From: Pseudomonadota bacterium
GTDB taxonomy: Bacteria > Pseudomonadota > Gammaproteobacteria > Xanthomonadales > Xanthomonadaceae
Assembly (NCBI GenBank): GCA_043747745.1
Contig: JAYTOP010000039.1
Span: forward strand, 4,353 to 68,352
Direction: 5' to 3'
Length of the DNA stretch: 64,000 nucleotides
Within the stretch, counting starts at the first letter, position 1; the number at the start of each line of letters is the position of its first letter. This document shows, one piece after another, positions 7,396 through 17,398 of this stretch. The notes under the pieces are model-generated. The model was given only the letters and a program-made list of their open reading frames with translations. It did no database searches and had not been told where the DNA came from. The translations under genes and the position numbers were made by a program.

Positions 7396-9498
7396 TTATT
7401 GCGCCGCCTGCAAGTGCGCCTTCAGCCATGCGTTGACGGTGTCGTGCCAGAGCACGCTGTTCTGCGGCTTGAGCACCCAGTGGTTCTCGTTCGGGAAGTA
7501 CAGGTACTTCGACTCGATGCCCTTGCGCTGCAACGCAGTGAACGCGGCGATGCCCTGTTCGACCGGAATGCGCAGATCGTTCTGGCTGTGCACGACGAGC
7601 ATCGGCACTTTCCAGTCCTTGACGTGGTTGACCGGATTGAAGCGCTCGTAGCCTTCCGGATTCGCCCACGGGGTGCCGCCGTTTTCCCATTCGCTGAACC
7701 ACAGTTCCTCGGTCGAGTAACCCATCATGCGGTTGTCGAACACGCCGTCGTGGTCGACAAGGCACTTGAACGGCCGGCTTCCATCCGCCGCGATCCAGTT
7801 GCCCGCGATCCAGTACACCATGTAGCCGCCGTAGCTTGCGCCGAGCGCGCAGGCATTGCTGCCGTCGAGATAGGAATACTTCTGCAGCGCGGAGGCCCAG
7901 CCTTTCTGCAGGTCTTCGAGCGGGCGGTCGCCCCAGTGCTGCGAGATCGCATCGGTGAACGCCTGGCCGTAGCCGGTCGATCCATGGAAGTCGACCATCA
8001 CCACCGCGTAGCCCTGCCCCGCGTACGTCTGCGGATTCCAGCGGAAACTCCAGTCGTTGCCGAATGAACCCTGCGGCCCGCCGTGGATCAGGAACGCGAC
8101 CGGATACTTCTTGCCCGGCTGGTAGTTCCATGGCTTGACCACGTAGCCATGCACGGTTTCGCCGTTCCATCCCGGGAATGCGAACTGCTCGAAGTCGCCG
8201 AACGCGACGCCATCGAGCTTGTCGTCGTTGTTGTGCGATATCGGCCGTACAGCGCTGCCATCGGCGCGCGCGACGAACAACTGGTCGGGCGATTTCATTG
8301 AATTGCGGGTGAACGCGAGCGTGTCGCCGGCGATGTCGATGGCCGAGATCGCGCCGTCGCCGACGATTTTTTTCACCGCGCCGGTCGCGATGTTCACCGC
8401 GAACAACGGATGCTGACCCATGTCGTCGGCGGTCGTGTAGATCGTCTTGCCATCGGCCGACAACGTGATGCCGTCAGCGGAGCGATCCCATGCCGGATCG
8501 ATCTCGCGCGTTGCACGGGATGCGAGGTTCATTTCCATCAAGGCGAAGCGATCCGCCTCGAAGCCTGGGCGTTTCATCGCGCGGTAGTACAGTTTTTTTC
8601 CGTCTGCGGAGAACACCGGCGCAGCGTCCCAGGCCTTGTTCGATTCGGTGAGATCGCGCGGCGCGGCGGAGCCATCGGCGGGAACGATGTAGATGTCGAA
8701 GTTCGTCGACCATGGCTCGCTCTTGCCGGCGATGCGCACGTCGAACGCGAGCGACTTGCCGTCGGGCGACCAGTTGTATTCGCTGGCATCGCCGAACGGC
8801 TTGGATGGAATGTCGCCATCGATGCCGCTGCTGACCAAGGCCGGCTCGGCAGCGGCCTTGCCGTCGGCGCCGATCGCAGCCGTGAACAACTGGCTGCGCG
8901 TGCCGTCGGCCCACGTGTCCCAGTGGCGGATGAAGAGCTTGTCGAAGATCCTGCCGCTGGCCTTGTTCGCGGCGGTCGCGTCGTGATGCTGCTTCGTGCA
9001 TGCGAGCGTCTTGCAGTCGGCGAACACATCGAAGCTCAACGCGAACGACTTGCCGTCCGGGGACAACTTGTAGCTACCGACATCAAGCGGATAGTCGGTA
9101 ACCTGGGTTGCTGTTCCACCATGCACAGATTGGCGCCAGACCTGGTCGCTGCCGGATTTCGACGAGATGAAATACACGCTTGCGCTATCCGGCGCGAACA
9201 CGGGCGAATTGCCGGCCATGCCATCGGCGAGCAAGCGCCTCGGCGGCGGCGGCAGATTGCGCGTGAGCAGATTCTTGATCCACAGCGAGGTCACGCTCTT
9301 GTTGGCGGCAGAGTCGGTCTGGCGTACCGAGAACACGACCATCTGCCCGTCCGGCGACAAGGCCGGTTCCGACACGCGCTCCAGATTGACCATGTCGCGC
9401 ACGACAAACGGTTTCTTCGCAGGCGACTCGTCGGCTGCAAGCGAACACATGGGCAACACCGCAAGCAACAACAAAGGAAGCGGGCGAAGACGTGGCAT
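7396..9498 (-). CDS. S9 family serine peptidase (beta-propeller + prolyl oligopeptidase/DPP-type alpha/beta hydrolase), secreted
   Basis: Track ORF 7396..9708. Start chosen at ATG 9498 (MPRLRPLPLLLLAVLPMCSLA, AAGGA upstream). Nucleophile motif GASYGGYM. C-terminal VHSQNDLRIP...FPNENHW. Confidence 0.85.
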   Translation of the reverse strand: MPRLRPLPLLLLAVLPMCSLAADESPAKKPFVVRDMVNLERVSEPALSPDGQMVVFSVRQTDSAANKSVTSLWIKNLLTRNLPPPPRRLLADGMAGNSPVFAPDSASVYFISSKSGSDQVWRQSVHGGTATQVTDYPLDVGSYKLSPDGKSFALSFDVFADCKTLACTKQHHDATAANKASGRIFDKLFIRHWDTWADGTRSQLFTAAIGADGKAAAEPALVSSGIDGDIPSKPFGDASEYNWSPDGKSLAFDVRIAGKSEPWSTNFDIYIVPADGSAAPRDLTESNKAWDAAPVFSADGKKLYYRAMKRPGFEADRFALMEMNLASRATREIDPAWDRSADGITLSADGKTIYTTADDMGQHPLFAVNIATGAVKKIVGDGAISAIDIAGDTLAFTRNSMKSPDQLFVARADGSAVRPISHNNDDKLDGVAFGDFEQFAFPGWNGETVHGYVVKPWNYQPGKKYPVAFLIHGGPQGSFGNDWSFRWNPQTYAGQGYAVVMVDFHGSTGYGQAFTDAISQHWGDRPLEDLQKGWASALQKYSYLDGSNACALGASYGGYMVYWIAGNWIAADGSRPFKCLVDHDGVFDNRMMGYSTEELWFSEWENGGTPWANPEGYERFNPVNHVKDWKVPMLVVHSQNDLRIPVEQGIAAFTALQRKGIESKYLYFPNENHWVLKPQNSVLWHDTVNAWLKAHLQAAQ

Positions 9499-9679
9499 GG
9501 ATGGTTCCTTGGTAACGGAAGGCACGATGGCCAACTGAGGATGGTAGGCGCGCGCGCTGTTTCGTGGAAGTCCTTGGCATAGGCCAGCCATGCTTCGGCC
9601 ACGCGGACCAGAGCGATCGCACCGCATATACTCCGGCGATGCGCGGCATCGCGGCGCAATCCATTCGCAAGGAAACTGC

Positions 9680-11512
9680 ATGTCCGCCAGCGTCACCGCA
9701 ACGACCATTCCTGACGGCGTCCCGCACGACGACGACTTTCTCGGCCATCCGAAGGGCGTCTACGTCTGCTTCTTCACCGAGATGTGGGAGCGGTTCTCGT
9801 TCTACGGGATGAAGGCATTGCTGCTGCTGTACCTGATCAACCATCACAGGTTCGGCGACCGCATCGGACTGGACGTACTGGGCGCGTACGGCGGACTGGT
9901 GTATTGCCTGCCGGTGTTCGGCGGCATGCTCGCGGACCGATGGCTCGGCAAGCGCAAGGCGGTGGTCTTCGGCGGCATCCTGCTGTGCCTCGGCCATTTC
10001 GGCATGTCCTTCGAAGGCGCGCAGGCGACGCTGGTGAACGGCGTCGTGGTACGCGACGAAGGCTCGCTTTACGCCTTCTACCTGTCGTTGTCGCTGATCA
10101 TCATGGGCGTCGGCTTCCTCAAACCGAACATCTCGACGATCGTCGGCCGGTTGTACGAACAAGGCGACCCGCGCCGCGATTCGGGATTCAGCCTGTTCTA
10201 TGCCGGCATCAATCTTGGCGCCTTGTTCGGCTCGATCGTGTGCGGTTACCTGGGCATCGTCGTGAGTTGGGGCTGGGGTTTCGGCGCGGCCGGCATCGGC
10301 ATGGTGCTGGGACTCGCGCAATTCCTGTGGGGCCAAAAATACCTGCGCGGCCACGCCGAGCCGCCCGACCCGCCGTCGCTGCGCGAACGCGTACTCGGCA
10401 TGCCACGCGAACTGGCCATTTACATCGGTGCGATCGTGGGGTTGCTGCCCGTCGCGGGACTGATGTGGGCGGTGGCGAACCACGCGTTCTCGCTCGGCGG
10501 CGAAGTAAGCCTCGCGTTGCTGCTGATGATCGTGGTGATGATTGGCGTGCTCGCGTGGTTCTTCTGGTTCATCGCCGCCCGCTGCACGCCTGTGCAGCGC
10601 CACCAGATGATCGCCCTGATCTCCATGATCACGATGTGCCTGGTGTTCTTCACCCTCTATGAGCAGACCTACGGCTCGTGGGTCACGTTCACGGATCGCC
10701 TCCTGACGAAGGACATCTTCCCGTCCCTCGTCCATCCGCAACCCGAGCACCTGCCGTTCGGAAGCGACTGGATGGCGAACATCCAGATGGGCTTGCGCTT
10801 CCTGCCATGGTCGACCTACGCGCTGGTGCTTGCGCCGCTGTCGTTCATGGCGGCCGCCACGATGAGCGAGCGCGACGCCCAGTCGCGGATGCCGAAACTG
10901 CTGTTCCTTTTCGTGTGCCTGCTGGTGATCGTGGCCGTGATCCGCGATTCGGTCATCCTGCCCGCGACCGCCAGTTCGCTGACCTACCTCAGTGGCCCGT
11001 TCATCTTGCTGCTGGCCCCGCTGTTCGCGTGGCTATGGGCATGGCTGGACCGCTACGGTGCCGACCCATCCAAGCCGATCAAGAGCGCGCTCGGACTGAT
11101 GTTTGCGGGCCTGTCGTTCGTCCCGATGGCGCTCGCCGCGCAGCACGCCGGCGCGATCGGCGGCATGGCCAGCGTGTGGTGGCTGGTGCTGGCTTATGGC
11201 GTGCTCGAAATCGGCGAGATGTGCCTGTCGCCCGTCGGCCTGTCGGCAGTCACCCAGCTTTCGGTGCCGAGCGTGGTCAGCCTGATGATGGGAACCTGGT
11301 TCCTCGCGACCGCGTTCTCGGAAACGCTGGCCGCGCGGTTCGGCAAGCTCGCCGCGATCGACATCCCGGAAGGCGCCAAGCTTGACGTCGCCGAGGCATC
11401 CGCGAAATACGCGCACCTGTTCTGGATCCTGACCGGGATTGGCCTCGGATGCGCGGCGGTCGCGTTCCTGCTGGCGCCGCTGCTACGCCGGATGATGCAC
11501 GGCGTGAAATGA
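9680..11512 (+). CDS. POT/PTR2 family proton-dependent oligopeptide transporter (DtpA/B-like)
   Basis: Track ORF 9590..11512. ATG 9680 has AAGGAA upstream. PTR2 signature FFTEMWERFSFYGMKALLLLYL. Many TM helices. Confidence 0.9.
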   Translation: MSASVTATTIPDGVPHDDDFLGHPKGVYVCFFTEMWERFSFYGMKALLLLYLINHHRFGDRIGLDVLGAYGGLVYCLPVFGGMLADRWLGKRKAVVFGGILLCLGHFGMSFEGAQATLVNGVVVRDEGSLYAFYLSLSLIIMGVGFLKPNISTIVGRLYEQGDPRRDSGFSLFYAGINLGALFGSIVCGYLGIVVSWGWGFGAAGIGMVLGLAQFLWGQKYLRGHAEPPDPPSLRERVLGMPRELAIYIGAIVGLLPVAGLMWAVANHAFSLGGEVSLALLLMIVVMIGVLAWFFWFIAARCTPVQRHQMIALISMITMCLVFFTLYEQTYGSWVTFTDRLLTKDIFPSLVHPQPEHLPFGSDWMANIQMGLRFLPWSTYALVLAPLSFMAAATMSERDAQSRMPKLLFLFVCLLVIVAVIRDSVILPATASSLTYLSGPFILLLAPLFAWLWAWLDRYGADPSKPIKSALGLMFAGLSFVPMALAAQHAGAIGGMASVWWLVLAYGVLEIGEMCLSPVGLSAVTQLSVPSVVSLMMGTWFLATAFSETLAARFGKLAAIDIPEGAKLDVAEASAKYAHLFWILTGIGLGCAAVAFLLAPLLRRMMHGVK

Positions 11513-11574
11513 CCACAGGTTGTGGTCAATCCCGTACAGGCCATGGATGGCCGTTGACTCGGGATCTCGCGTTG

Positions 11575-11606
11575 GCCCGTTCGCGCATCGCGCGAACGGC
11601 TTTGCC
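11575..11606 (+). terminator. Candidate intrinsic terminator after the POT gene
   Basis: GCCCGTTCGCGC-atc-GCGCGAACGGC stem (one bulge) followed by TTTGCC, between convergent genes. Confidence 0.4.
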
Positions 11607-11662
11607 AATGCATCATCCCCGCCTCAATGCTTAAACAACGAGGTCGCCGCCTGTCTTTTGAG

Positions 11663-13720
11663 TCAGCGGGTCGCGTTCGGGCCGATGTTCCGGTCGAGAA
11701 AGATCAGCATGCTGTTGTAGAAGCTTTCGCGGTCCTGCTCCTTGTAGAAGCCGTGCCCTTCGCCGGCATAGATCGTCGCGTCCACCGACTTGCCCGCCTT
11801 CTGAAGTGCGTCGCGCATCAGTTCGGTGTGCTTGGGCGGCGCGCGCTCGTCTTCCTTGCCCGCCGCCAGCAACACCGGAACCTTGATCCTGTCCGCGAGC
11901 CGCGCCGGCGACAGCGCTTCAAGGTTCTGCTCGCCGAGGGTGTCCTTGAGGAAGTTCGTCCCTGACTTGCGCTTCTGAATGTCGCCGGTGTTGTACATGA
12001 TCGGCAGGTCGTACACGCCGACGTAGCCGATCGCGCAGCGGTACAGCGACGGTTCCTTGGCCACGCCCATCAGCGCCGCGTAGCCGCCGTAGCTCGCGCC
12101 GTAGATGCAGATCCGGTTCGGATCGGCGATGCCCTGCTGGATCGCCCATTTCGTCGCGTCGGTGACGTCATCCTGCATCGCCCCGCCCCACTGCTTGTAT
12201 CCGGACGACACGAATTCGCGTCCGAATCCGGCCGAGCCGCGAAAGTTGACCTGCAGCACGGCATAACCGCGCGATGCGAGCAATTGGGTTTCCTTGTCGA
12301 AACCCCATTCATCGGCGACGTCGAACGGCCCGCCATGGGGGTTGACGACCATCGGCAGGTTCTTGCCCGAACTGCCGGCGGGAAGCGTGAGGAAACCGTG
12401 CAAAACCCTCCCATCGCGACTGGTCAGCGTGAAGGGACGTTGTTCGCCCATGCGATCCGGGTCGATCCAGTCGCGGTGGCTGAGCAGATGCTTGGCCTGC
12501 TTGTGCTCGATGTCGAACAGGTAGTAGTCGCCGGGACTGCGGTCGCTGTAGGTGAAGACCAGCGCCTGTTTCCCGTCGCCACTGTACTCCGGGATCACCA
12601 CCGCCTGGTCGGTGAAGCTCGCCTCGAGGCTCCTGTAGAGCCGCGCGTTGTCGCTCTTTTCATCGAAGAACACCACCCGCGGCTTCGCATCCAGATAGCG
12701 GATGCCGATCACTTCGCCTGAGGGACCGTGAACCGTTCCGGGGTGGTCCCACACCATCCGGTCCTGTTCGTTCGCGGGACTCGCGACCGGATCGCGCAAC
12801 ACTTCGCGCATCGCGTGGCCGACGGTGTCGTAGGCCATGATGACATCGGGGCTCTGTCCCGTGCTTTCCTGCCTCAGGTAGGCGGTATGGCCGTCGGCCG
12901 CGAACCCCAGCGGCCAGACGTTGATGTGGGTCTTTTCTTCGTCGTTGAGCAGCACCCATCCGGATTTCGCGTCGTCCCGGTAATACGTCTTCAACTTGTT
13001 GTCGTTGCCGGCTCCGTACGCGAAACGCACCTCGCCCTGCAGGTCGGTGGTGAACCCGGCGTTGCGTACCGGTGCTGATGCCACCACGCTGATCTGCCCA
13101 GAGAAGACGTCCATGCGGACCGCTTTCGTGAACACCTCGCCTCCGGCTGTCCCGTGCTGGACGACCGACACGATCACGTGCCTGGCGTCGTTGCGCAGGC
13201 CGTCGACCATGAACGCGGCGTCCGCAGCCGTCGCCTTGCCGGTCGTGATGTGGGAGCCTCCGGATGCCTCGCCGTCATCGCCGACGACGCGCTGGCCGAT
13301 CAGGATTCCCTGCCCAGTGCCGTCCGCGTTCATGCCGTAGATCTCGCCGGTGGGCTGCGGCCGTTCGAGCAGGCCGAACCTCTCGCCGACGGTGATCAGC
13401 AGTCTTTTGTCGCTGACCCACCAGAAGTCCTCGACCTCGGTCTTGCCGGCGAGATTGAAATGCCCAAGTTTCGTCCCGTCCGGCTTCTGCACGAGCAAGA
13501 CCCTTTTGGTGACGCCATCGGTATCCGTGAAGTTGACCGATCGCGCGACGAACTCGCCGGTCGGCGACAGCTTCACATCCTCGAAAAAGTCGTTCTTCAC
13601 GAAGTCCGCGATGGAGGTCGGGGGTTGCTGCGCCGACGCGGTCTTCGGATCTTCCGCGCTCGCGACGCCGGTTCCGAGGAGCAGCAGGGACGTGATGGAT
13701 GCAGACAAGATGGTTCGCAT
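11663..13720 (-). CDS. S9 family serine peptidase (prolyl oligopeptidase/acylaminoacyl-peptidase type), secreted
   Basis: Track ORF, 685 aa. Signal peptide MRTILSASITSLLLLGTGVASA. GASYGGYAAL nucleophile. C-terminal GKEDERAP...GEGHGF. Confidence 0.85.
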   Translation of the reverse strand: MRTILSASITSLLLLGTGVASAEDPKTASAQQPPTSIADFVKNDFFEDVKLSPTGEFVARSVNFTDTDGVTKRVLLVQKPDGTKLGHFNLAGKTEVEDFWWVSDKRLLITVGERFGLLERPQPTGEIYGMNADGTGQGILIGQRVVGDDGEASGGSHITTGKATAADAAFMVDGLRNDARHVIVSVVQHGTAGGEVFTKAVRMDVFSGQISVVASAPVRNAGFTTDLQGEVRFAYGAGNDNKLKTYYRDDAKSGWVLLNDEEKTHINVWPLGFAADGHTAYLRQESTGQSPDVIMAYDTVGHAMREVLRDPVASPANEQDRMVWDHPGTVHGPSGEVIGIRYLDAKPRVVFFDEKSDNARLYRSLEASFTDQAVVIPEYSGDGKQALVFTYSDRSPGDYYLFDIEHKQAKHLLSHRDWIDPDRMGEQRPFTLTSRDGRVLHGFLTLPAGSSGKNLPMVVNPHGGPFDVADEWGFDKETQLLASRGYAVLQVNFRGSAGFGREFVSSGYKQWGGAMQDDVTDATKWAIQQGIADPNRICIYGASYGGYAALMGVAKEPSLYRCAIGYVGVYDLPIMYNTGDIQKRKSGTNFLKDTLGEQNLEALSPARLADRIKVPVLLAAGKEDERAPPKHTELMRDALQKAGKSVDATIYAGEGHGFYKEQDRESFYNSMLIFLDRNIGPNATR

Positions 13721-13740
13721 GGTGACTCCGGTATCGTGAT

Positions 13741-15756
13741 TCAGTGTTTTTCGGCGGATGGCGCAGACAGCGCCTGTTGCGAGGCACCCGACCCGATGTT
13801 GCGATCCAGGAATGCCAGCATTCGCGTGTAGAGATCGGTGCGGTCGGCCTCCGTATAGAAGCCGTGGCCTTCGCCCGGATAGATCTTCGCGTCCACCTGC
13901 TTGCCGGCATGCAGCAGCGCGTCGCGCATCAGCTCGGTGTGCTTGGCCGGCGCGCGCACGTCTTCCTTGCCCGCGACCATCATCACCGGCACGACGATGC
14001 GATCAGCGAGGTGCGTCGGCGAGATCGCGTCGAGATTGCTGTCGCCCAGCTGCTCCTTCAGGAAATTCTGGCCCGACCTGGAATCCTGGATATCGCCGAC
14101 GTGGTACATCGTCGGCATGTCGTACACGCCGACATAACCGATCGCACAACGGTACAGAGTCGGTTCCTTCGCGACGCCCTCGAGCGCCGCATAGCCGCCG
14201 TAGCTCGCACCGTAGATGCAGATGCGATGCGCGTCGGCGATGCCCTGCTGGATCGCCCAATGCGTGGCATCGGTCAGGTCGTCCTGCATCGTGCCGCCCC
14301 ATTGCTTGAACCCGGCATGCGTGAACGCGCGGCCGTAATTTCCCGAGCCACGGTAGTTCACCTGCAGTACCGCATAGCCGCGCGAGGCCAGCAACTGGAC
14401 CTCCAGGTTGTAACCCCACTGGTCGTAGGGACCGAACGGGCCACCGTGCGGGTTGATCACGAGCGGCAGGTTCTTGCCGTCGCTGCCGCGCGGAAGCGTC
14501 AGGAATGCCTCGATCGGCAAGCCGTCGCGCGCCTTGAAGCTGACTGGTCGCATTTCCGACAGCATTTCTGGCTTGAACCAGTTCGCCTTGCTCGCGACAT
14601 AGCTGGCGCGGTTGGCATTGCGGTCGAAGAGATAGAAATCGCCGGGGAGCCGGTCGGCATACGCGATGTACATCGACAGCGCGCCGTCCTTGGAATACGA
14701 CGCAGGGAACACCATCGCGTCCTTCAGGCTGGCCTGGATGTTGCGCAGTTGCTTCGCATAGCGGTTGTCGGGGTCGAGGAATTCGACGCGGGGCTTTCCG
14801 TCTTCAAAAACCGCCGCGTACACCGAACCGTCTTCCGGCGAACGCAGATAGGTTGCCGGACTCGTATTGTCGTCGCGGTACAGCAGCTCGCGTTTGCGCG
14901 TCGCCGTGTCGAACGCGTAGATGCCGTCCGGCCCGTCGGTTTCCTCGACCTGCAGATACGCGGTCTTGCCGTCCGCGCTGAACCCGACCGCTTCGACCGA
15001 GCGTTCGGTCTTGGCCTCGTCGTTGATCAACTCCCATTCGGAGTTCGCATCGGCGCGGTAGTAGGTCTTGGTGCGGCGATCGTTGCCGGCGCCGCTCGCG
15101 AAACGGACAACGCCGGAGAGATCGTCCATGAAGCCCGCATTCTCGACCGGTGCCTTCGCAACCGTCAGCATGCTCCCGGTGTTGACGTTCATCCGGGCGA
15201 CTTCGGTATAACGCGATCCATTCGCCAGAGCGACCAAGACTTCTTTGTCGTTGTCGCGCAGCGTGTCGATGATCGAAGCAAAATACAGGTGCGACTTCCC
15301 GGAGGGCACGAAGTGCGCATCACTCGAACGCATGCCGACCAAAGCCGCGCCTTGTCCGCTGCCATCGGCATTCACCCCGAAGATCTCTCCGGTCGCGCGC
15401 GGAGTGACGAGGTCGCCCTCCTTCTCGCCGATGCTGAACAGGATGCGGTTGTCGTTGACCCAGTTGAAATCGGCGACATGGGACTTTGCAGGCAGGGTGA
15501 CGTGCCCGGTCGGCTTCAGGTCGCTGCGCCGCAGGATGATCAGGCTGGTGCGGTCGGACAGCGGCACCGTGGCGGCGATGTATTCGCCGGTCGGCGAGAT
15601 CTTCATCGTCCCGAATGCATCGCGCTTGAGGAAATCCGCGAGCGGCGGTGGTGCAGCGCTACGGTCAATACCCGCGGAAGCAGGTACCGGATCGACCGCA
15701 TATGCCGTCCCGGACAGGCACAGCGCGGCGATGACAGCAAGACAAAGACGTTGCAT
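13741..15756 (-). CDS. S9 family serine peptidase, tandem paralogue of 11663..13720
   Basis: Track ORF 13741..15804. ATG 15756 (MQRLCLAVIAALCLSGTAYA) has GGAGA upstream. The C-terminal half is closely similar to its neighbour (GASYGGYAALEGVAKEPTLYRCAIGYVGVYD). 20-nt spacer with GGAG before the downstream paralogue. Confidence 0.85.
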   Translation of the reverse strand: MQRLCLAVIAALCLSGTAYAVDPVPASAGIDRSAAPPPLADFLKRDAFGTMKISPTGEYIAATVPLSDRTSLIILRRSDLKPTGHVTLPAKSHVADFNWVNDNRILFSIGEKEGDLVTPRATGEIFGVNADGSGQGAALVGMRSSDAHFVPSGKSHLYFASIIDTLRDNDKEVLVALANGSRYTEVARMNVNTGSMLTVAKAPVENAGFMDDLSGVVRFASGAGNDRRTKTYYRADANSEWELINDEAKTERSVEAVGFSADGKTAYLQVEETDGPDGIYAFDTATRKRELLYRDDNTSPATYLRSPEDGSVYAAVFEDGKPRVEFLDPDNRYAKQLRNIQASLKDAMVFPASYSKDGALSMYIAYADRLPGDFYLFDRNANRASYVASKANWFKPEMLSEMRPVSFKARDGLPIEAFLTLPRGSDGKNLPLVINPHGGPFGPYDQWGYNLEVQLLASRGYAVLQVNYRGSGNYGRAFTHAGFKQWGGTMQDDLTDATHWAIQQGIADAHRICIYGASYGGYAALEGVAKEPTLYRCAIGYVGVYDMPTMYHVGDIQDSRSGQNFLKEQLGDSNLDAISPTHLADRIVVPVMMVAGKEDVRAPAKHTELMRDALLHAGKQVDAKIYPGEGHGFYTEADRTDLYTRMLAFLDRNIGSGASQQALSAPSAEKH

Positions 15757-15829
15757 GGAAATCTCCGATGGATGGTCCGCATGGCGTGCGGATGATGCGT
15801 TCAAGGCATGGCCTCGATGGCGCGGAGGA

Positions 15830-16738
15830 TCAGACCGACTTGTACTCTGCCAACTCGCCGATCACCTGACGCAGGCCGTCGCGCCAGTCGGGCAATTGCA
15901 ATCCGAAGTCGCTTGCGAAGCGCGTCGTGTCGAGCCGCGAATAAGCCGGGCGCCGAGCTTTGGTCGGATATTCGCTGCTGGGGATGCCGATGAGGCGCGG
16001 CACGCGTTCCAGTACCTTCGCTGCCAGCGCTTCGCCGTAGATCGCGGACGCGAACTGATACCAGCTGCATTCGCCATCGGCGACGACGTGCCAGGTGCCA
16101 TTCGCATCGGCGTTGCGCGCATGCGCGAGCGCTGTCGCGGCCGCGAGCCAGCGCGCAGGCGTCGGCGAACCGATCTGGTCGGACACGATGCGCAACTCCT
16201 CGCGCTCACCGGCCAACCGGATCGCCGTGCGCAGGAAGTTCTGCCCGCGCGCGGCGTACACCCACGCGGTGCGCAGGATCATGTGGCGGCAACCGCTGGC
16301 GCGGATCGCCTCCTCGCCCGCAAGCTTGGTGCGCCCATACACGCCGAGCGGCGCGGTGGTGTCGTCCTCGCGCCACGGACGCCGACCTTCACCGCCGAAC
16401 ACGTAGTCGGTCGAGTAATGCACGAGCTTCGTACCGTGCATCGCGCAGGCTTGGGCAAGTTCAGCGACAGCTTCGGCATTGATGCGCTGCGCGAGCGCGG
16501 GCTCGTCCTCGGCGCGATCAACCTGGGTATGCGCCACCGCGTTGAGTACAAGCGTGGGGCGTTGCTCGGCGACGAGTTTTGCAAGGCTGCCAGCCTCGGC
16601 GAAATCGATCCGACCGCAACGCGCTCCACCGGGTAGCGATCCACTGATCGTGTACGCGGCGATCGCGCCCAGCGGCGCGAACACGCGGTGCAGTTCGTAG
16701 CCGACCTGACCGTCGGCACCGAGCAGAATGATCGTCAT
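15830..16738 (-). CDS. rfbD: dTDP-4-dehydrorhamnose reductase
   Basis: Track ORF 15830..17104. True start MTIILLGADGQVGYEL at 16738, overlapping the rfbC stop (ATGA). STDYVF motif. Confidence 0.9.
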   Translation of the reverse strand: MTIILLGADGQVGYELHRVFAPLGAIAAYTISGSLPGGARCGRIDFAEAGSLAKLVAEQRPTLVLNAVAHTQVDRAEDEPALAQRINAEAVAELAQACAMHGTKLVHYSTDYVFGGEGRRPWREDDTTAPLGVYGRTKLAGEEAIRASGCRHMILRTAWVYAARGQNFLRTAIRLAGEREELRIVSDQIGSPTPARWLAAATALAHARNADANGTWHVVADGECSWYQFASAIYGEALAAKVLERVPRLIGIPSSEYPTKARRPAYSRLDTTRFASDFGLQLPDWRDGLRQVIGELAEYKSV

Positions 16739-17292
16739 GCGATGTATTCCGGCAGCCGTTCGGTGGCGATGTCGTCGAGGAACGGCGCGATCGCATCCTT
16801 GTCCGACAGCAGCGGCTCGGTGATCGGCCAGTCGATCGCCAGGCGCGCATCGTTCCAGCGGATGCCCGCATCGGCGGCGCGGTCGTAGAAAGCGGTGCAC
16901 TGGTACACGAACACGGCGTGGTCGCTGAGGGTCGCAAAACCGTGCGCGAAACCTTCCGGTATCCACAATTGGCGATGGTTGTCGGCGCTGAGGATCGCCG
17001 CAGTCCAACGCCCGAAATGCGGCGAGCCGCGACGGATGTCTACCGCCACGTCGTAGACCTCGCCTTCGAGCACCGACACCAGCTTGCCCTGCGGGTTCGG
17101 CCACTGATAATGCAGTCCGCGCAACACGCCGCGTTGCGACGTGGACACGTTGCCCTGCACAAAGCGCAGGTCGAGCCCGGCCTCGGCATAGGCTTGCTGG
17201 TTCCAGCTCTCAAAGAAACTGCCACGCGCATCGGCGAACACGCGCGGCTCGATGAGCAGGCAGCCAGGCAGATCGGTTTCGGTGATTTTCAT
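16735..17292 (-). CDS. rfbC: dTDP-4-dehydrorhamnose 3,5-epimerase
   Basis: Track ORF, 185 aa. Motifs: FADARGSFFE, RGLHYQ. Confidence 0.92.
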   Translation of the reverse strand: MKITETDLPGCLLIEPRVFADARGSFFESWNQQAYAEAGLDLRFVQGNVSTSQRGVLRGLHYQWPNPQGKLVSVLEGEVYDVAVDIRRGSPHFGRWTAAILSADNHRQLWIPEGFAHGFATLSDHAVFVYQCTAFYDRAADAGIRWNDARLAIDWPITEPLLSDKDAIAPFLDDIATERLPEYIA

Positions 17293-17398
17293 CGTGTGAT
17301 TTTCATCGTGTGTTCTTCATGCGCGCGATCCCGGCATCATTCGTACTCGTTTCATTCGTACTCGCTTTATTCGCACGCGATCTCATTCGCTGCGGCTG
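17282..17398. repeat. Tandem decayed copies of the rfbA-stop/rfbC-start junction
   Basis: Plus strand: GTGATTTTCATCGT x2 (17282..17295, 17296..17309) plus a partial GTGTTCTTCAT. Then TCATTCG(T/C)ACTCG-type units start at 17337, 17352, 17366 (degenerate) and 17383 (the rfbA stop). Confidence 0.8.
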
